From Phaeosaccion multiseriatum (lineage: Eukaryota > Protista > Ochrophyta, other classes), in assembly GCA_965112735.1 (NCBI GenBank), contig OZ218958.1, positions 1,674,001 through 1,738,000 on the forward strand: a stretch of 64,000 nt of DNA, written 5' to 3'. The notes beneath the pieces were generated by a model that was not told the origin of the DNA, ran no database searches, and was given only the letters and a program-made list of their open reading frames with translations. How positions within the stretch are numbered: the first letter of the stretch is position 1; each line of letters begins with the position of its first letter. Made by a program: the position numbers and the translations under genes. Shown here in pieces: positions 25,417 to 37,562 of the stretch.

Positions 25417-25619
25417 GTCACTACTTCTACTACCACTACTACTACTACTACCACTACCACTACTATACTACTACACTACGACTACTACTACTACTACCAC
25501 TACTACTTCTACCACTACTATACTACTACACTACTACTACTACCACTACCACTACTACTGCTACTACTTGGGCACCCATCTGGAGGGTCTTGGGCACCCA
25601 TCTGGAGGGTCTTGGGCAC
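25156..25619. repeat. 22-bp minisatellite (CCCAYCTGGAGGGTCTTGGGCA x5) interrupted by a ~350-bp (TAC)n microsatellite
   Basis: Units are read directly at 25156, 25178, 25200 (split), 25575 and 25597. The TAC tract spans about 25214-25566. Confidence 0.9.
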
Positions 25620-26199
25620 TCAGATTTCGCGCCTGCTGCTGCTGCTCCCCTCCCCTCCCTTGTAAATAGATGTACAAATCTAAACTGGAAACTGGAAAGC
25701 AATGAACCTTCCCTCCACCACTAAGGGGGAGTGATGACGTGGATACAGTGTGGATAGGTGGTACGCGATGTCTTTCACCTTTCACCCCGCTTGTGATGTC
25801 TCTTCTGACAAGTGGAGGCGGAGCTGTTGCTGTGTTGCTGTGAGGCTGTGAGGCTGTGAGGCTGTGGGGGGCGTAGCTCCCTCCCTCCGGATCACCAACC
25901 CTCTCACATTACAGCTCCAAGCCCACAAAATAAACCCCTCTTTCGTATTATGAAATATTACTTACAGTCTTTACATGCTGTGTGGAGAGCGCTGCCCACC
26001 CTTTCTACATGATGGTCCGTGTGCGGGTTTCTGCCTCCTCATCTCTCTGTACATCTCTCCATCCCCCCCTCTCTCTTGCGTACTTGTGTTGTTGTCTCAT
26101 CCTTTCTCTCTCTCTCTCCCTCCCTGCCTCCGTCCCTCTCTCCCCCTCTCTGCCTCTCTCCCTCTCTCTTACTCTCTCACTCCTGTCTGTTGCCTGTTG

Positions 26200-28784
26200 T
26201 CATAAACTCATGAAAGACGCCCCCTGTGCAGCTGCCCCCCCAGCTCCACTCCCACCCTCATCTCCACTCCCTCGCTGCTGCTGTATCACCAACTGCTGCT
26301 GCTTCTGCTCTCGCTGCTTCCACGTCTCCATCTCTCTTGCCAGTACCGCAGCCACCGAAGCAAAGGTTGGGCGATCCTCCGGCCTCTGCGCCCAACATTG
26401 TTGAATCAATTCGGCGATGACGGAAGGGCAGCACTGAGTAATTTCAGGCCGCCCCCCAGCCGCCACTGTGTCCATAATATCAAAGCGACTTGTCATGGCT
26501 CCAAAGGGCCTCTTCTCCTCCCACAGCTCCCACAGCACCACCCCAAAGCTGTACACGTCCACTTTGGAAGAGTAACGCATATCACCTCCCATACCTCCTC
26601 CTCCTCCTCCTCCTCCTCCGTCGGGGGAGGAGTACATCTCCGGCGCAGCCCATGCCACAGTTCCGAGGTTGCCCGTCATATGAGGATCTTCACCCATCTC
26701 CCGCCATTCCCCCCCACTGCCGCTCTGGCTGGGGAAGGAGGCGGACGAGTAGGAGGAGGAGGAGGAGGAGGAGGGCTGCCAACGACTCATACCAAAGTCC
26801 GCAATCTTCACTCTCCAATCCTCGTCCACAAGGATATTGCTGCTCTTCAAGTCTCTGTGGCAAATGGGTTCACCACCGGGGGAGTGGGTGTGAAGGTATT
26901 GCATCCCCTGCGCCGCTTGGAGCGCCACGGACAAGCGCCTTCCTTCCACTGCCATCGCCCCCATCTGCTGCCATCCCCCCCTCTCGGCAATGTCCGCCAG
27001 GCTTCCCCGCTGCAGGTACTCTGTAATGATGCACAGCGCCCTCCTCCCCCTCCGCCCTCCTTCTCCTCCCCCTCCTCCTCCTCCTCCTCCTCCTCCTCCT
27101 CCTCCTCCTCCTCCTCCTCCTCCTCCTCCTCCTCCTCCTCCTCCCCCTACTCCTCCCCCTGCGGCAGTGCGGGTGCCGACAGCACCGCACAGAGGCTGCC
27201 AGCCAGGCGGGGCGAAGGTTATTCCCATCATGAGGACAATGTTAGGGTGGCGTAGACGGGTCATGAGGTAGGCTTCACGCATCATACTCTCCACATCTTC
27301 GTCGGACAGAGCTGCTGCTGCTGCTGCTGCTGCTGCTGCATCACCACCATCAAATGCTGCTGCTGTATCACCACCTGCTGCACCACCGTCGCCAACACCA
27401 CCACCAACGCCGCCGCCGCCGCCGCCGAACGCAACGGGCTCTGCAAAGAGGGGAGGCGGAGTGAGTACCTTCACCGCCACCACCCCTCCCCTCCACTCCG
27501 CCCGATACACCACCCCCATCGCCCCACGGCCGACCTCTTCCTTCACCTCAAGCTCGCCCCAGTCTACAAGCACGTCTCGAAGAGCAAGGTCTTGCTGCAA
27601 GTCGCGCAGGTACTCGGGGAGGAGCAGGTCGTCGCCGTGCGCGTGTTGGTTCTTCGACTTCAACTTCAACTTCAACTTCAACTTCTTCTGCAACCTCTGC
27701 CTCGACTTTGCGAGCAGCCCAGTCGCACCACCCTTTGCACTACTGCTGGCGCCACCACCCATGCCATCACCACCACCATCGGCTGCCATCTCTCCTCCTC
27801 CTCCTGGCGAAGCTCCGGCCTGTTCTCGGAAAGACACGTACTTGGTTGTCGTCGTCGCCCCCTCGCCCCTCCCCCTTGCTCGCATCGCAGTGTAGCCGCT
27901 GCCATGGCCCCTAACCCCCCCACCATCTCCATTCCCACTCCCACTCCCCGGACCCAAGTCGGAATCGTGGTCATAGGTGGTGTACTTGTTCTCGTTCTCA
28001 CCCCGGCCCTCCCTGTACTGTCCCTCTCCCTCGCCCATGCCTCCTCCTCCTCCTCCTCCCCCTCCTCCTCCCCGCCCCCCCATGCCAATCCCCCTACTGC
28101 TCACATTTTCCATATTCCTGCCGTTCAAAAGCCCCTCTCGCAGCTCCGCCAACGTACCCCGGACCACCTCCCTTCGCTTCCTCGGCAGCACCCACTTCAC
28201 GTAAGTCAGTGAAAGAAGGCCCATCGCAACGAGGGCACACACCAGTGACAGCACCACCGCCCCCCACGGACTCACGTCGCCACACGCGCTGCCGGCGTAG
28301 AACCAGGGGCACTGACAAAAGCCCGTGTGTAACTCGCAAATCCCCACTCCGTGGCAATTGGCAGGGCAGCAGTTGCCCACCCGACAGTAGCCAGGCAGCG
28401 GAGACGGCGAGGGCGAAGGGGAATGGGAAGCCTGCTGCTTCTGCTTCTGCTTCTGCTCCTCCTCCTCCTCCCCCCCCTTTTCTTCCTCCAGCGTCTGATC
28501 TTCCGTCTTGGTAATGGTGATGCAGCCATCCTTCGCTCCACACCAAGCACATGCGAGGTTGGAGAGGCATGCTTGACAGGAACCCCCAAAGTCCGTCATG
28601 TTGCCATAGGTCAACATCGAGGGGCACTCAATGAAGGACGCTTCGACCACCAGTTGCAGCCATGCGGTTGCTGAAGGGGGGGTACAGGGGGGTAGAGGGG
28701 GGTGGATCCATTGAGAGGGGCGTTAAGAAGAGAGAGGCAGAGACAGAAAAAGAGAGGGAGAGAGAGAGGGAGGGTGGGGGGGGG

Positions 28785-28825
<41 letters not shown>

Positions 28826-31800
28826 GAAAAAAAAAACCAAGCACCCAAACACCGACACCTACCCACACACCCCAGGCACACCCACCCACCCACCCACCTT
28901 GGTCGTTGTCGTTGTCGTTGTCGCCGTAACCAGTAAGCTGCTCTCCTTTGTCGAGCAAGCTACGCATGGTCACTCCGCTTGGGCCCACAAGCTCCATACC
29001 TTCCACATCCACCCCCTCCCCATCCGCGAACTTGATCATCGCCCACTGTCGATGCATTTGGATGTGCTCTTGCCCCTGTCCGCCCTTCTTCCCATCTGCA
29101 CCTCCCCCCCCGGGAAGCAAGGTCTCAAGAACACCACCCCATATGACTCCATCATCGAGCACGAGGGCATGGTTGGCAGCCGCTGTATCACCAACTGCTG
29201 TGGCAGTTGCTGCAGCCACTCGAGGTGCTGCCGACGTCCATCGACCTTCCTTCTCCTCGATCAGCAACTCCTTGTCCTCCTCCTCCTCCTCCTCCTCCTC
29301 CTCCTCCTCCTTCTGCTGCTGCTCCTCCTCCTTCTGCTGCTGCGGCTGTTGATACTGCTGGGGTTGATGAAAGAGAGGTTGCAGGGGCAAAGGGATACGC
29401 ACCGTGCCCTTTGCCTCTACAAGCAGAATACCGCCCCGGATGTGCAGCTGGACCCCTGCAGGCAGCTCCATCGCGCCCCTCACCGCCAGCACCGGGCCAA
29501 CAGTATCACTAGCACTGTCAGCATAGCCAACCGCACCACCTCCCTCTGCCACCGCCACATCAGCACCATAGGGGTTAGCATTGGGCAGGTGAAAGGCGCT
29601 TCGTCGTGTGTCGCGGCTGCTGTCTCCTCCTCGTCCTCCTCGTCCTCCTCGCCCTCCTCCTCTTCCTCCTGCTCCTGCTCTTTCTCCTCCTTCTCCTGTT
29701 CCTCCTCCTCCTGCTGCTGCTCCTGCAAAAGCGGCGACCAAAGAGGCAGGAGGAGGCCTGGGGTCCTCTGTCCTCATCACAGACGCCGACTTGCCAACCC
29801 CAAGAACAGCGCTCGCCTCCACAGAGAGGGAAGATTGGCCCCCCTCAAGCTCCACTGCGCCCCCCAACTGGCCCTCCTTCTGCAGCGATATCACAGCACC
29901 GGAAACCCTCATCGTCAACTTGTCACTCGCTGTTGCCCGTCCTCCTCCTCCTCCTCCTCCTCCTCCTCCTCCTCCTCCTCCTCCTCCTCCTCCCTCTTTG
30001 CTGTGGCGGCTGCTGCTCCTACGCCCATCGGCACTCGCAGCAGCTACAGCAGTAGGTACTTCCAGCAGCCGAGCCAGGAGCGTTCCTGTGAAGAAAGGCA
30101 TGCATTCCCACGACGCCGCACCCACAAAGCCCTCTCCCTCCACGCGAATGGCACTGCCGGGCCTTGCTCGCAGCAGGCCGGAGTGAAGCTTTGCCGTTTG
30201 GGCCACCGACAGCGCCACTTCCTCCTCCTCCTCCTCCTCCTCCTCCTCCTCCTCCTCCTCCTCCTCCTCCTCCTCCTCCTCCTCCTCCTCCTCATCGTCG
30301 TCGGCGTCGGCGTCGTCGTGCTGTACTTGCACACTGCCTCGCACCACGAGAAGGCTCTGCAGCTCCAGCCCCTCATCCAGCACCACCGCAGCTCCCACAC
30401 TAGCGACGCTCAGTTGGCTTGTTGCAGCTCCTCCTCGTACTCTGGAGGCGGCCTCGCCCCCTTCTAGACGAAAGGTGGTTCCACCACCACCAACACGCGA
30501 AGGATGGGCACGAAAAGGAGGAGAAGGCGTGGAATCACCGACCCATCGAGGAGGGGTGGTCGTCGTCGTGTCCGCCACAAATACAAAAGTGGAGGCCTCA
30601 AAGCTTGGGCGCACCATTTCCACGCCTCCTCCGTTGAGCAGAAATACCGAAGGACTGCCCTCCACTTCCCCGGCCCCTCCGCTCCAAGGCAACGGCCCCG
30701 GTTGGTTGCTGTCATCCGCCGGAGAGAAAGAGCAGGCGCTGAGAGAGAGTGTCTGAGCCGTCAGAGGAGCCGCGCCTGCTCGCTCCTCCTCCTCCTTCTC
30801 CCCCTCCTCTTCCTCCTCCTCGTCCTCATGCAGCAGACTACGCCCACGCCCCCCCTCCGACGGCAAGACGGCAACATCTCCCCCTACACCACCCACCGCC
30901 ACGTTGCCCACAAAAGTCGAGTTCATCACCTCCACCCCTACACAATCGGACGCCAGATACAGCGCCCCTCCAAGCGAGGGCGTTGCTTCAGAGAGCATCA
31001 TGGCCCTTCGTTTCTGTCTCTCGCGTCTCTGTCGTCCCTCTGCCTCCTCTCCCTCCTCTCCCCCTCCTCCCTCTCCCGTCGGAACCTCCTCCTCCTCTTC
31101 AACAGTGCCGTCGTCGGTGGAGGAGCGAGAGCGGCTGCTCCCACCATAACCAACAACATCACCGTAGTCATAATCATAGTCGTAGCCAATGGCATAGCTG
31201 CTAGAATCCCAAACCCACCCACCCCCCAACATGTTGTACATGTATCCGGCGACGGCTTGGTTCCGCTCGAACGCGCATCGCCGAATGATCGGAGAAGAAG
31301 CGACGGCGGAGATTGCCCCTCCCAGGCCCACTCCTTCCGTTGTTGAGAAGTGTGGACCGGTCGAGGGGGAGAAGGGGAAGGAGGAGGAGGAGGAGGAGGA
31401 AAAGCCTGTACCGCCTTTCGCCCCCCCCTGCCCCTCCTCCTCCTCCTTCTCCTTCGCGTCGTCTCCGTTACCAATCAGCCCTCCAGCAATGTTCCCCATG
31501 AAGGTGCAGTCCTCAAAAGTGGGCGGAGCAACCACGCTGAAGCCTGTGGTAGAGGGGTGGTTATCGTCGTTGCTGCCCGTGGCGTGAAATAGTAACACAG
31601 CCCCACCCGCGCTGGCGGTGGACCTGTTGGTTGGGTGGTTGGGTGTTTGGTTGGTTGGTGCGGGGTGGTAGGACAGAGAGAGAGAAAAAAAGAGGAGGAA
31701 ATCGCCAAGTGAGATGTATGTCGGCCCCTTTCCTCCCTCCCTTGTGCCTCTCCTGCTCACTCCGCCTCCTCCCTCCTGCTCCCCCCCGACCCTCCCTTCC

Positions 31801-34013
31801 CTTCTCTCACTTACCCTCCTCCATTGACATAATTCCCCTCAAACGCACATTCCTTGAAGCGCGGAGAGGCAAACTTGACCCCCACCGCCCCCCCCTGCCC
31901 GGTGCTCCTCGAACTACCCCCGCCTCCTCCCCCACCCCCAGAGGAAGCCGCGGCGGCATTGCCTCTGAAGACACAACCCTCAAAGGAGATGGTACTCTGC
32001 TGTCCCGTTAGACTCGCCCCTCCCCCGATGGCCCCTGCGTCATAATGACCTGCTATGGCCGAGTTCTGCAGAAAGGAGCAGTTGAAGAAGCGCGCAGAGG
32101 AGGAGGACAGAAACACCGCCCCTCCTTCTCCGGACAGGCAGTCGTCGCACACCTCAAGACTGCCACTGCCACTGCCACTGCCACTACGAAGAGTACGACC
32201 CAGCCCTCCTCCTCCTCCTTCTCCTGCACCACCACCACCTCCAAATCTTCCCCTCTCATCTGCGTCGCCTTGCCGCTCCCTTCTCCTCCTCTGCAAGTCC
32301 GCTGCAACCACATCCACCTCCACCTGCGACGAGGCTGTATTGCGGCTAAACTCGGTGTCTGTCACTTCACACACACCGGCCGCACTGATGGCCAATGCCC
32401 CCCCCGAGGCCCGATGTGTGTAACTCGACGACACGGCATTCCCTTCCATACGCCCCCCCTGAATCACCACTCGAGCGTGATCCTCCACACACAGCGCACC
32501 ACCCGAGCCGCCGTTCTCTACCGAGTTGGTGGTATACGACACATCTGTGAGTGTGAGGTTCGTGTTGAACCCCTTGGCGACAAAGCCCCCCCCGAAGGAG
32601 CCCAACTGCGAGAAGGGAGAGCTAGAGGCGACGCTGTTGTTGACCACGTCGCACGATACTAAGGAGCAGCCCATGCAGTCGTCAAGATACGCCGCCCCGC
32701 CCAGGCCCGCCACCTCCACAGACACCGAGGACAGCAACACAGATGCCCGCGCATCAGGTGCGTCATCACCGTCCTCCTTCTCCTCCTCCTCCTCCTCCTG
32801 CTGCTCCTCCTTCTCCTCCGCACTACCACCAACGCCTACCTCCTCTTCAGCAGCAGAAGCGGTGGCGGAGTTGGACGAAAACGTCATCCGTTCCGCCTGG
32901 AGGGAAGCCGCCCACAGATAAAGCCCTCCACCTTTGGCGTAGTTATCATCCCCCCCGTGCACCCCGCCTCGCTGCCCTCCCGCCTCCGCCCGGTTCATGC
33001 GTATCGTCACGTCGGTCATCGCCACACTCCCTTCCGCAACAAAGAGCCCGCCACCCTTGCCACCAGCACAGGTGGCGCTCTCTCCCGGCCCTGCTTCCCC
33101 ACATCTTTCCCCGGCCCCTAGCACTCGATTCTTCACCACCTCGACGCCGTCGGACAGAATCAGCTCCGAACCGACCGACCACACCCCACCCCCTAGACGC
33201 TGGGCAACGTTGCCCTCCACTCGGAGAGGAGCCTGAGCCCGAGTTTGAGTTTGAGTTTGAGTGTGAGTGTGATGAGCCCCGGGGGGGGCTCCCGATCCCC
33301 CTCGTAAATGCCCCACGAGTGCCTCATCAAGGGCAACCCCACCTCCCTTCTCCATGGCCACGTTGGCGGCGATTATGGTCCCACCACTTCCAGTTTCAGT
33401 TCCGGTTTCAGTTCCGGTTTCAGTTCCGGTTTCAGTCCCGGTTTCAGTTCCGGTTTCAGTTCCGCCCTGCACCCAAAGCGAGGCCCCCCGTCGGGCATAG
33501 ATTCCTCCTCCGCTCACCGCTGTATTGTTTGTGATGCTGCAATGGGTTACGTTGACGCCCACTCCAGCGTGCAGCAAGAGTCCACCACCCTGCTCCAGGT
33601 CTACGCTTCCGCAGTGGGAGATGTGGACATTGGTCAGCTGCACCACTGCCGCTGCTGCCTGGCTCGGTGTCTCTGTCTGTGTGTGTGTGTCTCCTCCCCC
33701 CACATTCGCCCTTGCTCTCGCACTTACTGTTTTTGTTGTGGCGGTTGCTGTTGTTGCTCTTGCTGCTGCTCTTACTGCGGCATCCCCCCTCTCTCCCCTC
33801 TCCGCTATACTAGTATCAGCCTGCACGACCTCCACCCCTCCCCCCGGGCAGCTCTGTATGGCCACGTCTTCAAGGGAGAGGATCCCGTCTGCTCCCAGGA
33901 TGAAACCTCGTGTGTGGTTTCCGCTCTGACCTGTGCATGTGGAAGGATGGATGAAGGAGCTGAACCGTTATCACGAGTCGTTACCACGGACGGTCAAAGG
34001 TAAGAAGAGAGTA

Positions 34014-34049
<36 letters not shown>

Positions 34050-34585
34050 GGTGCAGACAGGAACCAAACACTCTAAGGCACTCTTCTTTGGACTCCCTCC
34101 CCCCCACCCCCTCCCCAGGGCAAGCGGAAAAGCACATCCTTCGACACAGAGACCACGTACTTGTACCTGAGCAGGAAAAGACAGGCATCTCCACTCCTCG
34201 TTCGCCAGCAGCGTGTCCAAGTACAGAACTGGAGGAAGAGGATGGTGGCGGCGGCGCGCCTCTGACCCTCACAGCGACCCCTCCGGTGAGGAGAGAGGCA
34301 TCGAGGCCAACGTTATCAACCCCGTCATATACGCCCCCCAGTAGCTCCACCACCGGGATCGGTATCAGCATTGGCACGTGTGGTTGCCCTGCCTGGCCCT
34401 GCCACCGATCCTTGTCATTGAGGCCGAGCGCCCTCACGGCCGCCAAGGCGCTGTGAGTGGTAAGAGGACCAACCAGGGCCGGGGGAAGAGGGAATGGAGT
34501 CGTTTACCATCAATTCACATGGGGTTCAGTGGGGAAGAGAGGTGCTGACAGGCTCGAGAGGGGCCAAGTCCAAGTCCAGACCGAC

Positions 34586-34626
<41 letters not shown>

Positions 34627-35140
34627 CGTGCGTGTGAGTGTGCGTGTGTGTGCTCTATAAGGCACTGCGACCACTGTCTTTTTATGAATGAGTGGTGCTT
34701 TCTTTCCGCATTCTGAGTGCTCTCGTCATCCAAGCCAAGCCCACCACGTGGACTCTGACTCACCTCCGCAGACTTGGACAGGGGGAGCTCCGGTCTGCAC
34801 CGCAAGTCTTGCCGCTCCTCCTGGTGCCGCTGTTTCCCCCATCATCATGAGGATTGCTTCCCCCTGCCAAGTCTCGGTCATTTCTGCTCCCTTCCGCTTC
34901 TCCGACGTGGGGCGACACGAAAAATACCACCTCGCGCTCCCTCTCCTTCGCCCTACCTACCCACCATCCCTCTCCTCTTACGTCGACGGCAGAGGTTTCC
35001 TCCCCTTCGCCGCCGGCTGCTTCACCGCGCTGGTGGAAGACTGCCCGCTGAGGCTGTACGCCAGAGCCCACTCCTTCCGCCCCCCCAAGCACAACGAGTA
35101 GGGGAAGGACCAGGACAGAGAGAAAAGGCGTCAGCATCAT
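26200..35140 (-). CDS. Large single-pass receptor-like TKL kinase: signal peptide, right-handed beta-helix/PMP-like (GGA[ILV], FxxN) ectodomain, PSI-like and EGF-like modules, TM, kinase; about 5 exons
   Basis: Signal MMLTPFLSVLVLPLLVVLGGAEG and many GGAL/GGAV/FxxN repeats. CQAC..CAWCG (PSI), CHGVGIC..GFCQCPWFYAGSACG (EGF), TM AVVLSLVCALVAMGLLSL. Kinase GRGAMG, VAVK, HRDLKSSN, DFG, GTVAWAAPE. Confidence 0.87.
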
Positions 35141-35469
35141 CTACTTCTCTCGTAAAATCCTCCTGCCTCTCTCCTCCCGAGTCTATCGGGTCTTAGCCCC
35201 CCACTCTGAGTTGCTCCTCTTGAATGTGTTCAACCTCCATTTTGTGGCAGCTCTTGCTCTCCCTACTTTTCGTCGCTTGTCCTCTGGACAGTACGGAGCG
35301 CCATTCCGCACACCAATGAATCCCTCACTACCTCTTAGCCTTTTTTGGCTCTTTCCTTTCCCCCCACCTTTATCGAACCGCCCCGGACAGTCGCCAAACG
35401 GTGGATGACCAACACAGGCTCCTGCGGAACCCCCCCCCCCCACCCCTCCCCCCTCAACAGTTCTTTTCT

Positions 35470-35680
35470 TCCCAATTACCTGGCGATGTACCACTTGGTA
35501 CCCTTCGCCATGGAACAATACGGTGCATCAGGGCCGTCAGCTCGGATGTTTGTTAAAGCACTCGCCACCCACATTGCTGGGGGGTCGCAACACCTGGGCA
35601 TGGCAGTCTATGTGCGGCGGCGGTTGGCTGGGTCTTCAGTGGTCCATCTACACACAGGACATAAGGCATAGGACACTCGC
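35470..35680 (+). mobile_element. Degenerate relic of a second RLE-type non-LTR retrotransposon C-terminus
   Basis: LVPFAMEQYGASGPSARMFVKALATHIA...VRRRLA parallels LTTFAIETHGRLGAQAQSLLHALAEHV...LRRLVS in the element at 1575-4075. Confidence 0.55.
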
Positions 35681-35882
35681 AGGCATCCACTGCTCCTTAA
35701 CTGTGTACCTTTGCTTCGCTCGGAGGGGACTGATCGACCCCTGACGCGCCATCGACGCGTCGACGCATTCTCGATGGCATGCTATGGTGCCCACGCACAT
35801 GCTATCGGCCGCCGGCGATAGCAGATAGCACACCGGCTGGCGACGGTGATAGCAGATGCCTTTGCCCGGGGGGGGGATGCTA

Positions 35883-36043
35883 GGCCCCTGACATGCTTCT
35901 GAGACAGGCCAGCCCAGAAGAGGAAGCAGGCCGGCTGGCGCCGGCCAGAAGCAGGAAGCAGCCTTGGCCCTCATCATTGCCTTATTACATGGCTTTCCCC
36001 CAGAAGCAGGAAGCAGGGTCGCCTCAGAAGCATGTCAGGGGCC
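35883..36043. mobile_element. MITE-like element with perfect 21-bp terminal inverted repeats
   Basis: GGCCCCTGACATGCTTCTGAG (35883-35903) and CTCAGAAGCATGTCAGGGGCC (36023-36043). Internal CAGAAG(C)AGGAAGCAG x3. No clear TSD. Confidence 0.6.
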
Positions 36044-36494
36044 GACGAGCGAGGCAAGCTTCCGGTGGCAGGTGATCGGCAGTTGGTTGGACGCGAAGGT
36101 TGGAGGAGACTCTTCCCTTCAAAGAGTACATTTTTTTTTTCTTTTTGCAAACTTTACACTTAATTCAAATTTAGAATAACATTGCGTGGGCTGTTATGCT
36201 TTGTAGTTTGTAAACAAGCGAGAGTCTCCTGCGGCGGGGAAAGTGATGATGAAGGGGAAGTGGTTCCTTCCATGGTGAGAGGGCAGGAGGAGTGGGCAGT
36301 GTGTGAGCCTCTCTTCAGCGCTGCGGAGGGAGGGACGCGGTGCTGCTCGATCAAGCACTTCGCATGGTGAGAGGGAAAGCGCCAAATCTGGTTATATTAC
36401 TACGAAGTAAGACATTAAGCCGCTATCTATGGCACCGTGTGCGAAACTAGGCGGTTCTTTACCCAGGAGGGGCCGCGCTGCCTGCCCTGGTCAC

Positions 36495-37562
36495 TCAGTC
36501 CTCGCAGTCGCAGGGGTGACCATTGGCGTGCACCCACTGCTTCATCTCCTCAAAGGCGGCAGGGGCCATATCCCATCCACCACCGCCATATAAGTTTTTC
36601 ATGACTTGTGGGCATGCCATCCTGTTCCAGGGACACATGACCTCCTCCGATCGGAGCCACTTCAGCATAGAGAGGCTCTTGGTGCTACGGACTGCAAAAG
36701 AGCAGACACCTGCACTCCACCTGCACAGCTCCCGTGCGTTTGCATGGAGCCACTGCAGCACTTCCAGATTGCCTTGCTCGGCCGCCAAGGCAGGCCCAAA
36801 CCTCCACCCGCTACTGATCTCTGCCGCCTCCATCTCAGCTCTGACCTTCGGATGATGCAAAAGCATGTCCAACGCTCGAATGTGCCCCGCCATTGCAGCC
36901 CCCTCCCACATAAGATAATTAGGAGGGCCCTCAAACTCGTCGGACAGCAGCCACGTAAGAACCTCCACATTGCCGCTCATGCCAGCTTCGCCACAAATTT
37001 CGCTCAGATCCCACGGGCACCGCTCCTTGTCGGGCAGGTCCTCCACTCGCAGCCATTGGAGGATGCTCAGTCCGTGCTTTTCATTCCTCACCGCAGCCTC
37101 GCAAACGAACCAACCCCAGGCACACCCCATGCTGTGAAGAGCCTTGCAAATACGCAAGTCTCCGTACTGTGCCGCAAACCAAAACGTCTCCACACTCAGC
37201 TCATATCCGCACTTCCTGGCCCACCTCAAACGCTCCACAGACTCAACCACACTCCTGATCCGCGTTGTCTTGGCGGAATGGAGACGTCTGTAGTGGCCCT
37301 TCCACTTCTTGCTCACCGCCGCTATAAACAAGTCCTGGCCCCCACCAGTCCACTTCATCAAACGGGTGAGAAGTTCAGCCTGGACCAGGGCCTGCTCACA
37401 AGCTTCGAAGGTTTGAGCATCGCTTCCCTCGCCTCCAGCAAGGGCAGCGGGAACGGGAGAAGCTGCCACGGCGGCATTGCAACCTTGCGCCTCCATCGAG
37501 GAGTCGATGGGTGAGGCTGGCTTGAGGCTATTGCCACCCTGCTTTCGGCTCCGTCCGTCCAT
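36495..37562 (-). CDS. Intronless ankyrin-like repeat protein (AAxxGxLxxLxWL..CxW type)
   Basis: Repeats FAAQYGDLRICKAL..GCAW, AGMSGNVEVLTWL, AAMAGHIRALDML, AAEQGNLEVLQWL..CRW, MLKWLRSEEVMCPW. N-terminal LFIAAVSKKW motif. Start uncertain. Confidence 0.8.
   Translation of the reverse strand: MDGRSRKQGGNSLKPASPIDSSMEAQGCNAAVAASPVPAALAGGEGSDAQTFEACEQALVQAELLTRLMKWTGGGQDLFIAAVSKKWKGHYRRLHSAKTTRIRSVVESVERLRWARKCGYELSVETFWFAAQYGDLRICKALHSMGCAWGWFVCEAAVRNEKHGLSILQWLRVEDLPDKERCPWDLSEICGEAGMSGNVEVLTWLLSDEFEGPPNYLMWEGAAMAGHIRALDMLLHHPKVRAEMEAAEISSGWRFGPALAAEQGNLEVLQWLHANARELCRWSAGVCSFAVRSTKSLSMLKWLRSEEVMCPWNRMACPQVMKNLYGGGGWDMAPAAFEEMKQWVHANGHPCDCED

Noticed and set aside
28611-33865. ORFs 28611-31760 and 31811-33865 as separate genes
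   Set aside because: They are bounded by GT-AG introns and join the signal-peptide and kinase exons.
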